This document shows positions 1 through 8,940 of a DNA stretch of 64,000 nucleotides, piece by piece. The translations under genes and the position numbers were made by a program. The notes beneath the pieces were generated by a model. That model made no database searches. It was not told the origin of the DNA and saw only the letters and a program-made list of their open reading frames with translations. Every line of letters begins with the position of its first letter. Positions within the stretch are counted from its first letter, which is position 1. The stretch comes from an uncultured Acidobacteriota bacterium (GTDB lineage Bacteria > Acidobacteriota > Terriglobia > Terriglobales > Acidobacteriaceae): the NCBI GenBank assembly GCA_963801895.1, contig CAWDGM010000005.1, forward strand, positions 231,385 through 295,384. Reading direction: 5' to 3'.

Positions 1-756
1 CAGCGTCTTTTCATTGAAGAGATGGAATGTCGGCGTCGCGCTTTCGCCTGCTCGAAGCAGCGGGACGTGGACGCTGACAAAGTCCGCCTCTCGTAGAGCC
101 TCTTCGAAGGGAACGTACTTGATCCAGGACTTCTCTTTGGTCAATCCACGGGCGTGGCGCAGATCGTTGATCTCCTGGATTGATTTGACGAACGCGTGAT
201 TCTCGTAAGCTGGGTCGTAACAGAGCACGTTCATGTCGAAGCCGATACATTTCTTGATAAAGGCAAGCCCGATGCGCCCGGTGCCGATCACGGCGACGGT
301 TTTGCCGGTAACTTCATCGCCGAGGAATGGAAGGTATGGATGCCAGTATCCCCACTGCTGATCGCGAGTGAGATGTTCGGCAGTCCACATTCGCCGCGCG
401 AGAGTTCCCATCATGAAGAACGCGAACTCGGCCGTCGCTTCGGTAAGAACGTCGGCGGTATGCGTGAATGGCACCTTGTACTTATTCGCATCAGAGCGGT
501 TAATGTTGTCGAACCCAACGGCAATCTGCGCGATCACCTTTAGATTTGCCTTCCCTGCTTCGAAAACTTCAGCGTCGATCGGATCGCGCAGCGTGGTGAT
601 CAGGCCATCGATGCCCGACTTGACCTTTTCGATAATCAGACTTTTTGGCGGAGCCTTGGGGTCGGGGTGAACTTCGACTTCATATCCACGCTGGCGGAGC
701 AGATTGATTGAGTCTCCGATATCGCAGGTAGCAAACACACGGAATTTGTTATTCAT
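1..756 (-). CDS. D-isomer specific 2-hydroxyacid dehydrogenase (glyoxylate/hydroxypyruvate reductase-like); C-terminus lies beyond the window edge
   Basis: The minus-strand frame starts at ATG 756 (MNNKFRVFATCD..). It contains the NAD-binding motif TGKTVAVIGTGRIG. It is absent from the ORF track because it runs off the window. Confidence 0.75.
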   Translation of the reverse strand, partial: MNNKFRVFATCDIGDSINLLRQRGYEVEVHPDPKAPPKSLIIEKVKSGIDGLITTLRDPIDAEVFEAGKANLKVIAQIAVGFDNINRSDANKYKVPFTHTADVLTEATAEFAFFMMGTLARRMWTAEHLTRDQQWGYWHPYLPFLGDEVTGKTVAVIGTGRIGLAFIKKCIGFDMNVLCYDPAYENHAFVKSIQEINDLRHARGLTKEKSWIKYVPFEEALREADFVSVHVPLLRAGESATPTFHLFNEKTL

Positions 757-862
757 AAGTTTCGGGTAAACTTTCGTCGAATTCTGACGCGCAACTTGAG
801 TTAGCGTTCGCGGCGCGATTCGGAAAACATCATACGCGAGGCGAGAGCGACGGAATGACGGG

Positions 863-1720
863 CTACTTGGTCGCCGGCTTCGTGAATCCTTGCGCTTCCA
901 ACCAAAAGTAGAACTCTTCGATCCAGTGATCGCTGGTCGTATTTTGCTTCTTCGTGCCGAAGCCGTGTCCGCCAGCGCTGTAGATGTGGGCTTCCGGCTT
1001 GTTGCCCGCGGCCTTCAGCGCGTCATAGAACTTTGCGGCGAACTCGCCGGCTTGGTCGTCATCCTGCGCCCACGCCATGAAGACCGGGGGAAGCTTCGAC
1101 GGAATCGCGGGCATCACGCCAAACGGAGCGCCATAGATGGGAGCGGCGAAGTTGGGACGGGCTGAGGCCTCCGACTGCAGAAGGGTTCCGCTCGCGACCA
1201 TGGCTCCGGCCGAAAATCCGAGAAAGCCTACGCGTGCGGGATCGATGTTCCATTCGGCTGCATGTTGCCGGACGACTTTAATGGCTTGAATCCCGTCGGC
1301 AATGCCGTACTTGCAGGCCTCATCGAAATTCATGTCGGCAGGAATTCCGTCTCCCTTCTTCTCCACAATGCGGTATTTCAAGATGAAAGCCGCGATGCCT
1401 TTTTGCTGAAGCCATCGCGACAGTTCCTTGCCCTCGAGATCGACTGCGAGTGCGACGCATGATCCGCCGGGAGCGATGATAACGGCAGTTCCGGTGGCGT
1501 TCGCATTGTCCGGAAGGAACGCTGTGAGGGTGGGGGTTACGACGTTGAAGATTATGGTGCCGAGCGGAGTGTTCTCAATCGTCTTTTCCTGCTGCGTCCA
1601 ATGCTCAGAGCCGGGTGCAACGCCCGGCCAAATGTTCACGGTCTGCGTCAGAGCAGTGGAAACAGCGAGACAAACCGAAAGAGTCAATAAGATTGCGCGC
1701 AATCGTAAGGGTGGATGCAT
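863..1720 (-). CDS. secreted alpha/beta hydrolase (esterase/lipase-like)
   Basis: 285 aa with an N-terminal signal peptide, the nucleophile-elbow motif GFSAGA, and a C-terminal HGF. Confidence 0.75.
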   Translation of the reverse strand: MHPPLRLRAILLTLSVCLAVSTALTQTVNIWPGVAPGSEHWTQQEKTIENTPLGTIIFNVVTPTLTAFLPDNANATGTAVIIAPGGSCVALAVDLEGKELSRWLQQKGIAAFILKYRIVEKKGDGIPADMNFDEACKYGIADGIQAIKVVRQHAAEWNIDPARVGFLGFSAGAMVASGTLLQSEASARPNFAAPIYGAPFGVMPAIPSKLPPVFMAWAQDDDQAGEFAAKFYDALKAAGNKPEAHIYSAGGHGFGTKKQNTTSDHWIEEFYFWLEAQGFTKPATK

Positions 1721-1773
1721 ATTCGTTTCCCGCTTCTTTTAGGTGTGCTTCACTGCAGGACCGGACGCAGCGA

Positions 1774-2550
1774 TTACTCCGGAACGAGCGAGTCCTGTTT
1801 TGCCTTGTTCGCCGCTGCGGTCTTCTTTGGATCTTCGCCCACAGTCAACACGGTCATGAAGCGATCGATTGTTTTGATGGTGAAGCGTTCGCTGAAACCT
1901 GCCAAAAATGCGATCAGGAAGGCAAGCTCAGGGTTCTTGATCTCCGTGCCTGAAGTGGCCTGCGCCGAGATGACGCCGACATAATAGACGAGGTACACGA
2001 ACCATCCAAAGATCGCGCCCATCACCGGTTTACACAAATACCAGAGACGGAAGCTACGATCAAAATCCTTCGTCGAAATGTGGGTGTAGAGACCGTAAAT
2101 TCCGATGGTGACGCCGCCAAGCGATCCAAACCACGCGGCCTTCGAGCTGTTGCCAACCAGATCGGCCCAGAGCCCGTAACTGGGATAGCGTTTGACCAGA
2201 TACCCGAGTCCGAGAATAAGGATCAGGCAACCAACCTGCACAGCGAGTAGTTGCCATGCGACCGGTTCAGCGTCGGCGCTGGATTTGGCGCGCCAGGCCG
2301 CTACCGATGCTTTCTCGTAGCTCGACTGCGCCTCTGCGAGTTTTCCGGTTGCAATCTGCGTGCGCGCAGCAGCAATCTGCGCCTCGATATCGGAGTAACA
2401 GCCATGAGCGCCGGACAAGTCCCTGATGGTGCGCTCCACGGCGTCCAACTGCTCGCCTAGCTTTATCGCCGCTGGACTGTTGGGATCGGAGGGAGCATCT
2501 GGGGGCTGAGGAACGGCTGCGACGGCCACATTGACACCAGTATTCATCAT
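1774..2550 (-). CDS. hypothetical membrane protein (soluble N-terminal region plus about 4 TM helices)
   Basis: 258-aa ORF. The hydrophobic helices begin at WQLLAVQVGCLILILGLGYL. I recognised no family. Confidence 0.55.
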   Translation of the reverse strand: MMNTGVNVAVAAVPQPPDAPSDPNSPAAIKLGEQLDAVERTIRDLSGAHGCYSDIEAQIAAARTQIATGKLAEAQSSYEKASVAAWRAKSSADAEPVAWQLLAVQVGCLILILGLGYLVKRYPSYGLWADLVGNSSKAAWFGSLGGVTIGIYGLYTHISTKDFDRSFRLWYLCKPVMGAIFGWFVYLVYYVGVISAQATSGTEIKNPELAFLIAFLAGFSERFTIKTIDRFMTVLTVGEDPKKTAAANKAKQDSLVPE

Positions 2551-2664
2551 GACCTCGACTGCGGGTTAGGATGGCGAACGTCGCTAGTGTAAACGGACTG
2601 TGCACTGCCTTTGCAACCCATGATTCGAGGACGCGAAAAAGTAGCTCCCTGAATGGATTCCCAA

Positions 2665-3174
2665 CTACTTCTTCGCGGAATGGTGGTCGTAACTCATGAC
2701 GCGCGTGACCTTCCATGCTCCATCTTTGAACTGCCAGAGGTGAACGAACTGGCCCTCGCCTACGCCCTCAGTATCCTCGTGCCCCGGATGGTGAAATCGG
2801 TGCACGCCAAGCTCGAGCATGCCGTATCCCTTCATGTGGTAGATCTTCAGCGTGCCCGGCACGAGTTCGCGCGTGACTTTTCCGCAGATGTTGTTCTTGA
2901 CGCTGTCGGTCAGGGCCGTGCGGCCGAGCGTGACTCCTCCCTGATCGTGAAAGAACTCTACGTTTTCATCGATCAGCGCGGCGAACTTGTCCAGCTCGCA
3001 CTTGTTGTAAGCGTCGAACAGGGCGCCATCGAGGGCCGCGCCCGCACGGTCGAGTTCTTCCTGATTTTGGATCTTGTCGAGGGGAGGAGCCGTTTGCGCG
3101 ACTGAGAAGGAAGTGAATTCGACAGCAAGGCTCAAAACAAACGCGACGAGCGGGAGCGTGGAACGAAATGACAT
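2665..3174 (-). CDS. secreted NTF2/SnoaL-like (DUF4440-type) protein
   Basis: 169 aa with a signal peptide (LPLVAFVLSLAVEF..) and an NTF2-like size and pattern. Confidence 0.6.
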   Translation of the reverse strand: MSFRSTLPLVAFVLSLAVEFTSFSVAQTAPPLDKIQNQEELDRAGAALDGALFDAYNKCELDKFAALIDENVEFFHDQGGVTLGRTALTDSVKNNICGKVTRELVPGTLKIYHMKGYGMLELGVHRFHHPGHEDTEGVGEGQFVHLWQFKDGAWKVTRVMSYDHHSAKK

Positions 3175-3371
3175 GGGACTCTCTTTCCAAAACGGGTGTG
3201 GGTACTGAAAGGAGTACGGAGAGTTCGACGGCGAGGTTCCATCAACAACCGGCTCAGTGGTTCAACAAAGGAGTGTGGTGCACGAAGGGGCAAATAAAAA
3301 GCCTGCTCAACGAAAAAGTGAGCAGGACCGTGAAATCTTGGTTCCGAAGCCTCTAAAAACCGGATGCCGAG

Positions 3372-3614
3372 CTAAGCGACCAGGTGTCGGCGCGAACGTT
3401 CCCACCAAACTTTGGGATCGTCTGGACGGTCGAGCATCTTGGCCAATTCCTTCTTGATCTCTCGCAGACGGTTGCTGCGGAGTTCGAGAACGGTCTGGTC
3501 CAACTCGGTATGGCCTGCTTTGCCCATGGTGCGAGCGTTGAGGTTGCGCAGATCGGCAATTTCCTGGCGGAGGCTGGTGAGATGTTCCGAGATATAAGGC
3601 ATCTCTCTGATCAT
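3372..3614 (-). CDS. small hypothetical protein (80 aa, helical, charged)
   Basis: ORF of unrecognised family. It resembles the small ORF at 25574..25810 (see findings). Confidence 0.45.
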   Translation of the reverse strand: MIREMPYISEHLTSLRQEIADLRNLNARTMGKAGHTELDQTVLELRSNRLREIKKELAKMLDRPDDPKVWWERSRRHLVA

Positions 3615-3885
3615 ACTCTGTATTTGAAGAAGCGTTCGGATTATTCCGGGTGACCATCACTTTCGTGCGTTTCAAGCGTTCCTGCGGGACGCGATTCCAA
3701 TTTTTTCGGACCTACCGGCATTGAAGCGAAACGCAATATTCGGAGTTCCCCGTGGAACCGGCGGCGTTCCTTGCCGTCAGGACGGGCGCACCTCGCATTT
3801 GAAACTCTCGCTGTTTTCAGACTGTCAGATGCAAATCACGTTTTTAATTAGCTGCAAGGCGCGGATGGCTGGTGGCGTTCGGCAC

Positions 3886-3930
3886 TCGTCGCTTTGCTCC
3901 GAGGGGCGGACGAATGCGTCCGCCCCTACA
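3886..3930 (-). repeat. REP-like element, family A (TGTAGGGGCGGACGCATTCGTCCGCCCC plus tail), reverse orientation
   Basis: Perfect hairpin ggggcggacg-aat-gcgtccgcccc followed by taca. It matches the copies at 4541, 6848, 7011 and 7673. Confidence 0.9.
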
Positions 3931-3951
3931 TGAACCGATGCGCCGACATGC

Positions 3952-3979
3952 TTGACATCCCTTCGGTACGGGCTATCAT
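3952..3979 (+). promoter_or_regulatory. candidate sigma70-type promoter for the ester cyclase gene
   Basis: TTGACA (3952-3957), 16-nt spacer, TATCAT (3974-3979), about 80 nt upstream of ATG 4058. Confidence 0.35.
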
Positions 3980-4057
3980 GGGGCACTTTCCCCGTTGGAT
4001 CCCTGGTATTCGGCCACGCACGAATCTGAATTCTGAATCATCGATGAGGAGAACCTG

Positions 4058-4495
4058 ATGGCTTCCACAAATATCGAACTTACCCGGCGCGTTCTCGACG
4101 AAGTGTGGAACAAGCGAAACTTGGCTGTGATCGACGAACTCGTCGCGAACGACTTTGTTTTTAACGATCCGATGGCTCCTCCGGGCGCGAGCGGAGTTGA
4201 GGCTTACCGGCAATTCGTGCTGTCCAATCTGAAGGCGTTTCCCGATCTGCGCCTGACTGTCGATGACGCCATCGCCGACGGAGACATCGTCGCGTGCCGA
4301 TGGCACGCGACCGCCACCCACAAGGGCGACCTCGCGGGACACGCAGCGACCGGCAGAAAAGTTTCCATCACCGGCATGAACTTCAACCGGATCGTGAACG
4401 GAAAGTTCGTTGAGAGCTGGGGAAACTGGGACACCCACGGCATGATGCATCAGTTGGGGTTGGTGAGAATGCCAGCCGTGGAAGAGGTCGCTTAG
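4058..4495 (+). CDS. ester cyclase / SnoaL-like polyketide cyclase family protein
   Basis: 145 aa. Typical N-terminus NIELTRRVLDEVWNKRNLAVIDELVANDFV and the motif HKGDLAGHAATGRKVSITGMNFNRI. Confidence 0.8.
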   Translation: MASTNIELTRRVLDEVWNKRNLAVIDELVANDFVFNDPMAPPGASGVEAYRQFVLSNLKAFPDLRLTVDDAIADGDIVACRWHATATHKGDLAGHAATGRKVSITGMNFNRIVNGKFVESWGNWDTHGMMHQLGLVRMPAVEEVA

Positions 4496-4540
4496 CGTCT
4501 CAGCCAACGACGAGGGGTTCCGGCGTCTTCATACGGGCCG

Positions 4541-4585
4541 GTGTAGGGCGGACGCATGCGTCCGCCCCGCAAAGCGAAGCGGCGC
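4541..4585 (+). repeat. REP-like element, family A
   Basis: gtgtagggcggacgcatgcgtccgcccc plus tail gcaaagcgaagcggcg. Confidence 0.9.
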
Positions 4586-4680
4586 GTGCACCGCCTAAAC
4601 ACCAGCAGTTTTCTTGACACAACAGTTTCATCACGTGCTGGGCAGATATCTTCACCCCGAAACCGAGGTGAAGGCCTTTT

Positions 4681-4911
4681 CTACTCGGCAGACTCGTCGG
4701 TAGAGTCGCCGGCCGTGGGCTCATCATGGCCCAGGTGGAACATCGCAGCTTGAGCTTCAGCGGCGGCGCGCAGCTCGTCGATTTCGTGCTGGCTGCCAGC
4801 CTCCGGCTTGTCTTGTTTGCGCTGGCTCCGGCGTTCGGCCTTATCGCGCTGCTTCTGCTGCCGGGTTTGCTCTTTCTGACGTTTCGTAAATGTGGATCGG
4901 CCTCTCGGCAT
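4681..4911 (-). CDS. small highly charged hypothetical protein (76 aa)
   Basis: The ORF has a Lys/Arg/Gln-rich N-terminus and an acidic C-terminus. It lies directly downstream of the RRM gene on the same strand. Confidence 0.45.
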   Translation of the reverse strand: MPRGRSTFTKRQKEQTRQQKQRDKAERRSQRKQDKPEAGSQHEIDELRAAAEAQAAMFHLGHDEPTAGDSTDESAE

Positions 4912-4974
4912 ACCTTCCCCCTTAACATAGATCTCGACTCAGTACGGACAATCTCGCATTACGAGCTCACCTGT

Positions 4975-5343
4975 CTACCAGCGCGGTTCGCGCGGCTGGC
5001 GTGCATGACCTTGGTAGTCGTCGCGACCGCGACCGCCACCACCGCGTCCACCACCGCCTCCTCCGCCAAAACGCTGGCCGCCGCTTTTCGGGCGATCGGT
5101 TTTTGGTTTGGCCTCATTGATAGTCAAGGGCCGGCCACCGAGGTCGGTCCCGTTCAATGCGGCAATGGCATTCGTAGCCTCAGTGGCATTCGTCATTTCG
5201 ACGAATCCGAAGCCGCGCGAGCGCCCGGTCTCACGGTCGGTGACCAGTGTGACCTTCTCCACCGCGCCATGCGGTTCGAACACGTTGCGGAGTTCGGCTT
5301 CGGTCGTGCTGTGCGGCAAGTTGCCAACGTACAGATTTTTCAT
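4975..5343 (-). CDS. RRM-type RNA-binding protein with Gly/Arg-rich tail
   Basis: RNP2 motif LYVGNL, RNP1 motif RGFGFVEM, and a C-terminal GGGGGGRGGGGRGR tail. Confidence 0.9.
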   Translation of the reverse strand: MKNLYVGNLPHSTTEAELRNVFEPHGAVEKVTLVTDRETGRSRGFGFVEMTNATEATNAIAALNGTDLGGRPLTINEAKPKTDRPKSGGQRFGGGGGGGRGGGGRGRDDYQGHARQPREPRW

Positions 5344-5423
5344 TGCAATTCCTCTCTAAACAAGCCGTTCAAAGTTGTCTGAGTTGCGATGGTTCCGTCA
5401 GGCCGCAAGACTGCCTGCCACAC

Positions 5424-5570
5424 TCATTCCGGTTTCGAGCGAACTGGGGGCGCGCTCGGCTTGGCGGAGCCTGCTGCCGCCTTAAACAGTTCCCGGTTGC
5501 GTTTTCGTTTCGCGATCTTATGTTTGCGTTCGCGGTGAAATCTGGATTTGTCACCATTCAGTCCGGACAT
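5424..5570 (-). CDS. small basic protein, 48 aa (MSGLNGDKSRFHRERKHKIAKRKRNRELFKAAAGSAKPSAPPVRSKPE)
   Basis: Too short for the ORF track. ATG at 5570 is preceded by GGAGG. It lies upstream of the RRM gene on the same strand. Confidence 0.45.
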   Translation of the reverse strand: MSGLNGDKSRFHRERKHKIAKRKRNRELFKAAAGSAKPSAPPVRSKPE

Positions 5571-6065
5571 CAGGGCCTCCTGCGGCAGATTTTTGTCTTA
5601 GCAGCATCCGGATGCGCCGAACCTCTCCGGGATTGAGGTTAGTAAGTAAAGTGATACGCAACTGTAGCAGGCGGGGCGCCACATCGCGCTTGCGGAAAAC
5701 CGTTAAAATTTCAGCGTTGACGACGCGCCTCTCGGTCTCTCAATCGCGAAGGCGCAAATCGGTATGAGCGTGTCTTCGAGGTTAAGTATCCTAAGTATAT
5801 CCTGTTTGATCGAGACACGCCCAGCTCTCGCAAAATACGCTATGAGTAGCAACGAGTGGACTGCACTGAGACATCGTACGTACGGGGACGCAACCGTCGC
5901 ACCGAATTCGATTGCCATGTACGGACATTCCGCGTAGCATGCACTTGTGCGTTAGACCGAATCGGTTTGAGCAGCCCTCGCCTTAACAGCAAGTCATCTG
6001 CGCAAGTTTTTTCCCGAGTCCCTCCAGCGTAACTAATCACAGAAGGAAACAAGAGTACAAAACAC

Positions 6066-6266
6066 ATGGAACAAGGAACAGTAAAGTGGTTCAACGACGC
6101 CAAGGGTTACGGCTTTATTAGCCGCCAGAGTGGCGAAGACGTTTTCGTGCATTTCTCAGCGATTCAAGCGGGCGGTTTCAAGAGCCTGCAAGAGGGCCAG
6201 ACGGTTCAGTTTGACGTCACCAAGGGTCCCAAGGGCTTGCAAGCGGCGAACGTTCAGGCTGTCTAA
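6066..6266 (+). CDS. cspA: cold-shock protein, CspA family
   Basis: 66 aa with [12 protein letters not shown] (RNP1) and VFVHF (RNP2). Confidence 0.95.
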   Translation: MEQGTVKWFNDAKGYGFISRQSGEDVFVHFSAIQAGGFKSLQEGQTVQFDVTKGPKGLQAANVQAV

Positions 6267-6281
6267 GGCGACGAGTCATCG

Positions 6282-6317
6282 AAGAGGCGATCTGCACAGA
6301 TCGCCTCTTTATTTTTT
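6282..6317 (+). terminator. rho-independent terminator of cspA
   Basis: 13-bp stem aagaggcgatctg/cagatcgcctctt followed by a T run. Confidence 0.8.
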
Positions 6318-6847
6318 GCAATGACCTTTTTGCGACAGAGCGTTACGTAGCAATACCCTCTCCCGCGAATCAAATTCCACACCGCCGACCTATTGATTCG
6401 CCGACAAAAAATGTGAAAATCGAGTATTCTTGAGATGAGCGATCTGCTTTTTACCCGGTTGCCTTTGGATACTTTCTGACTCTCGACGAAACCAATCATT
6501 CTTACGCGATTATCCTCCACAATGTCCGAACTTACCGGTCGGCTGGAGTCATCGCGGTCGTTCGGGGCAAGAGAAAAACTGAAACGATTCTGAAAGAGTT
6601 CGAGGATGCGCAAAGCTCCTCCGACCATCACGCCGGCTGGCGGTACTTTATCGAGAAGACGGAGATGGCAGCAGGCACCGATCCTGCGGAGGCCACGCAT
6701 CAGCGCCAAGCAGCGCTCGAACTGCGAGAATCCAAAGAATCTTCCGCCTTACCTCCCGCAGACGGACATAAGTAAGCGACTCTTCGTTCACACAACCACG
6801 TGATCGTTTGTGGTAACGCCACCTCACTCGCCGGCTTTCAGCCGTGA

Positions 6848-6897
6848 GACGCCTCGCTTGCGCTCGGCGGGACGGACGAATGCGTCCGTCCCTACAC
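6848..6897 (-). repeat. REP-like element, family A, reverse orientation (left arm of an inverted pair)
   Basis: gacgcctcgcttgcgctcggcgggacggacgaatgcgtccgtccctacaca. Confidence 0.9.
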
Positions 6898-7010
6898 AAC
6901 CTCCAGTTGGATGGACGTCCCCTGTGGTCGACAGGGATCGGCGGCAAAGGGAACTGATGGTCGTCCCGTGCGCGACGAGCTTCGCGCCACGCGCTTTTCT
7001 CTTGGGTAAG

Positions 7011-7056
7011 TGTAGGGGCGGACGCATTCGTCCGTCCGCTGAGCGCAAGCGAGGCA
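7011..7056 (+). repeat. REP-like element, family A (right arm of an inverted pair)
   Basis: tgtaggggcggacgcattcgtccgtccgctgagcgcaagcgaggc. It is the reverse complement of the 6848..6897 copy. Confidence 0.9.
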
Positions 7057-7177
7057 TTGCTCACTCTGACTGCGCACAAACTCGAATTTCCTCTCACATT
7101 CCGAGACTGTGGTGTATAAGAAGTCCCGCCGGCAAAGCAAAGTGAATTCCCGGCTAAATCTACGGAGGAAACACGAA

Positions 7178-7615
7178 ATGAAGAAAAAATTGATCGTGTT
7201 GTCTGTGGGGGCCTTGATCGTTGCTGTGGCGGTGGGCGTTGTGCAGGCCCAGAAGCCCAGCATGAAAAACATTACGTTCGCGGCGGCGAGTAGCGCGGAG
7301 TTCAAACCATCTCCGTCGAAGGGAGTCTACGAGGCCGTTATTTGGGGTGATATGGAGAAGGGACCTCACGCAACCTTCACAAAATTCGATCCAGGATACG
7401 ACGCCGGCATGCACAGTCACACCGCCGATATCTCGATCGTGGTGATCAAGGGCGCATACCTGTACAAGGATGACGCGGGCGAGAAGCGCGTAGGCCCGGG
7501 AGACTACCTCCGAGTGCCAGGCGGCCACAAGCACTGGAGCGGCGGCGACAAGACCGAAGGCGCAGTCTTCTACGAGGAAGGCTCAGGAAAGTTCGACGTC
7601 ATCCCCGCGAAGTAA
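7178..7615 (+). CDS. secreted cupin-domain protein
   Basis: Start moved to ATG 7178, which follows GGAGGA. Signal peptide MKKKLIVLSVGALIVAVAVGVVQA. Cupin-like motifs GMHSHTADISIVVIKG and VPGGHKHW. Confidence 0.75.
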   Translation: MKKKLIVLSVGALIVAVAVGVVQAQKPSMKNITFAAASSAEFKPSPSKGVYEAVIWGDMEKGPHATFTKFDPGYDAGMHSHTADISIVVIKGAYLYKDDAGEKRVGPGDYLRVPGGHKHWSGGDKTEGAVFYEEGSGKFDVIPAK

Positions 7616-7672
7616 CAGGGTTGGCCGAATCAATGGCCGTGCGCGCGCTATTCCAAAACCAGCGATTGCTTG

Positions 7673-7718
7673 TGTAGGGACGGACGCATTCGTCCGTCCC
7701 GCCGAGCAAGGCGAGGCG
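7673..7718 (+). repeat. REP-like element, family A
   Basis: tgtagggacggacgcattcgtccgtcccgccgagcaaggcgaggcg. Confidence 0.9.
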
Positions 7719-7885
7719 TACCGCAGCAACGTCAGCGCAATGCGGACTCAGTCATCGCAAGAAACCTCAGGTCTCCCCCTTAAGTACCTGTTGAGATCAC
7801 ATCTTTTCCCTCCGGACTGTGCTAACTCAAAGGAAGTGTCAAAGGCAGTTCGGCAATCCTGATCTTGCAGGTTTGAGGGCAATTC

Positions 7886-8452
7886 ATGGCTGAGATCACA
7901 CGAGGTGAATTCTTGAAGGGCTGTGCCGTAGGCGCGTGCTCGTGCTCCTTGGTTGCACTATCGGGAACCGGGACAGCGGTGGCGCAACCCGGCGATTCTG
8001 AGATGGACGCATTGAAGGCGCAGCGCGAGGCAATCCGAATTCGTTACGCGAAGTTGCTCGGCATACTGGACGAAGAAGTCGATACCGCCACCAGAAAACG
8101 TATCTTCGAACGTCTAGGACGAGCCTGCGCCGATCAGTTCCGCGCCGTCACCTACGACAAATACAAGAATGACATTCACGGCTTTCTGGCCGCGATCCAG
8201 GCCCCCAGTGGATGGGTGGAGAAAGCGGAATACAACGAGAAGACAGGTACGATCCGCATCTTCGACCGATCGAAGAGCTGTACGTGTCCTTTGGTCGAGA
8301 AGGGGCTCACGCCGTCCGACCAGTGCGAATGCACCTTAGGATGGCAGAAACAGACCTACTCGGCCATCCTGGGCAAACCGGTAGAGGCGGAGTTAGAAGA
8401 ATCGATCCTCCGCGGCAGCACGCGCTGCGTCTTTCGAATTCAGGTGTTGTAG
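7886..8452 (+). CDS. hypothetical Cys-rich protein (possible metal or cofactor binding)
   Basis: 188 aa with a hydrophobic, Cys-containing N-terminus and the motifs SCTCPLV and CECTLGW. I could not name the family with certainty. Confidence 0.6.
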   Translation: MAEITRGEFLKGCAVGACSCSLVALSGTGTAVAQPGDSEMDALKAQREAIRIRYAKLLGILDEEVDTATRKRIFERLGRACADQFRAVTYDKYKNDIHGFLAAIQAPSGWVEKAEYNEKTGTIRIFDRSKSCTCPLVEKGLTPSDQCECTLGWQKQTYSAILGKPVEAELEESILRGSTRCVFRIQVL

Positions 8453-8470
8453 CCGGAATTTTGTCGCCGG

Positions 8471-8549
8471 GGTGGCCCATTCAAGCCTGACTTTGGCTTG
8501 AGTGGGTAAACCAGTGGCTCATTCAAGCCCGGTTTTGGATTGAGTGGGG
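8471..8549 (+). repeat. REP doublet, family E (GGTGGCCCATTCAAGCC..GGCTTGAGTGGG), two tandem copies
   Basis: Copies at 8471-8507 and 8514-8549. Each is a hairpin (ccattcaagcc/ggcttgagtgg). The spurious translation reads GLNGPP/GLNEP. Confidence 0.85.
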
Positions 8550-8760
8550 CAGTTCGCTCCGGCTCGCTGACGAGAAGGTGGATGTGCTCCGGCATCACCA
8601 CATATCCATAAACGCGGAGCGCAAAGCTGCGGCGCTCGAGCGCGCTCTCAAAGACTCGTCGGCTGGCGTCGGACGTAAAGAGGGAACGGCGGTGATAACA
8701 ACAGAAGGTTACGAAATGGCTTTGCCCGGTGTGGTGATAACGCGTGAGACCCCAAGGCAT
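8550..8760 (-). pseudogene. truncated REP-associated tyrosine transposase (RAYT, IS200/IS605 Y1 family); N-terminal ~70 aa only
   Basis: The N-terminus reads HFVTFCCYHRRSLF..VYGYVVMPEHIHLLVSEPE, which includes the HUH motif (HIH). The region that would carry the catalytic Tyr is missing. The rest of ORF 8440..8760 is a translation of the family-E repeats. Confidence 0.6.
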
Positions 8761-8786
8761 GAGCCGAGCGTAAGGCCTCGGACTTC

Positions 8787-8896
8787 CCCACTCAAGGCAA
8801 AAGAAGCCTTGAATGGGCCACCCGTTTCAGAATGGAATTGGAAGTGGCGCTCGAAGCTGTCCACTTTGGACAAGACGAGGGTTGAATGGGCCCCCC
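8787..8896 (-). repeat. REP doublet, family E, reverse orientation
   Basis: Copies at 8787-8823 and 8861-8896 are reverse complements of the 8471-8549 copies. Confidence 0.85.
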
Positions 8897-8940
8897 GCCA
8901 TCACGTCCCTTCCCTATAATTCGCCAAGAGGAACTTCTGC

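Noticed and set aside
6434-6775. A 113-codon open frame whose plausible-looking product includes ..ILKEFEDAQSSSDHHAGWRYFIEKTEMAAGTDPAEATHQRQAALELRESK...
   Set aside because: There is no ATG, GTG or TTG until codon 78, which leaves only 36 aa. I cannot support it as a CDS. It may be a gene remnant. A translated search (tblastn or blastx) would settle this.
6263-7305. ORFs of 111-149 aa (6263..6709, 6648..7097, 6810..7145, 6892..7305) in the cspA-cupin gap.
   Set aside because: They run through the cspA terminator or simply translate family-A REP hairpins (..GRTNASAPT.., ..GGRIRPS..). They have no RBS and no coding-like composition.
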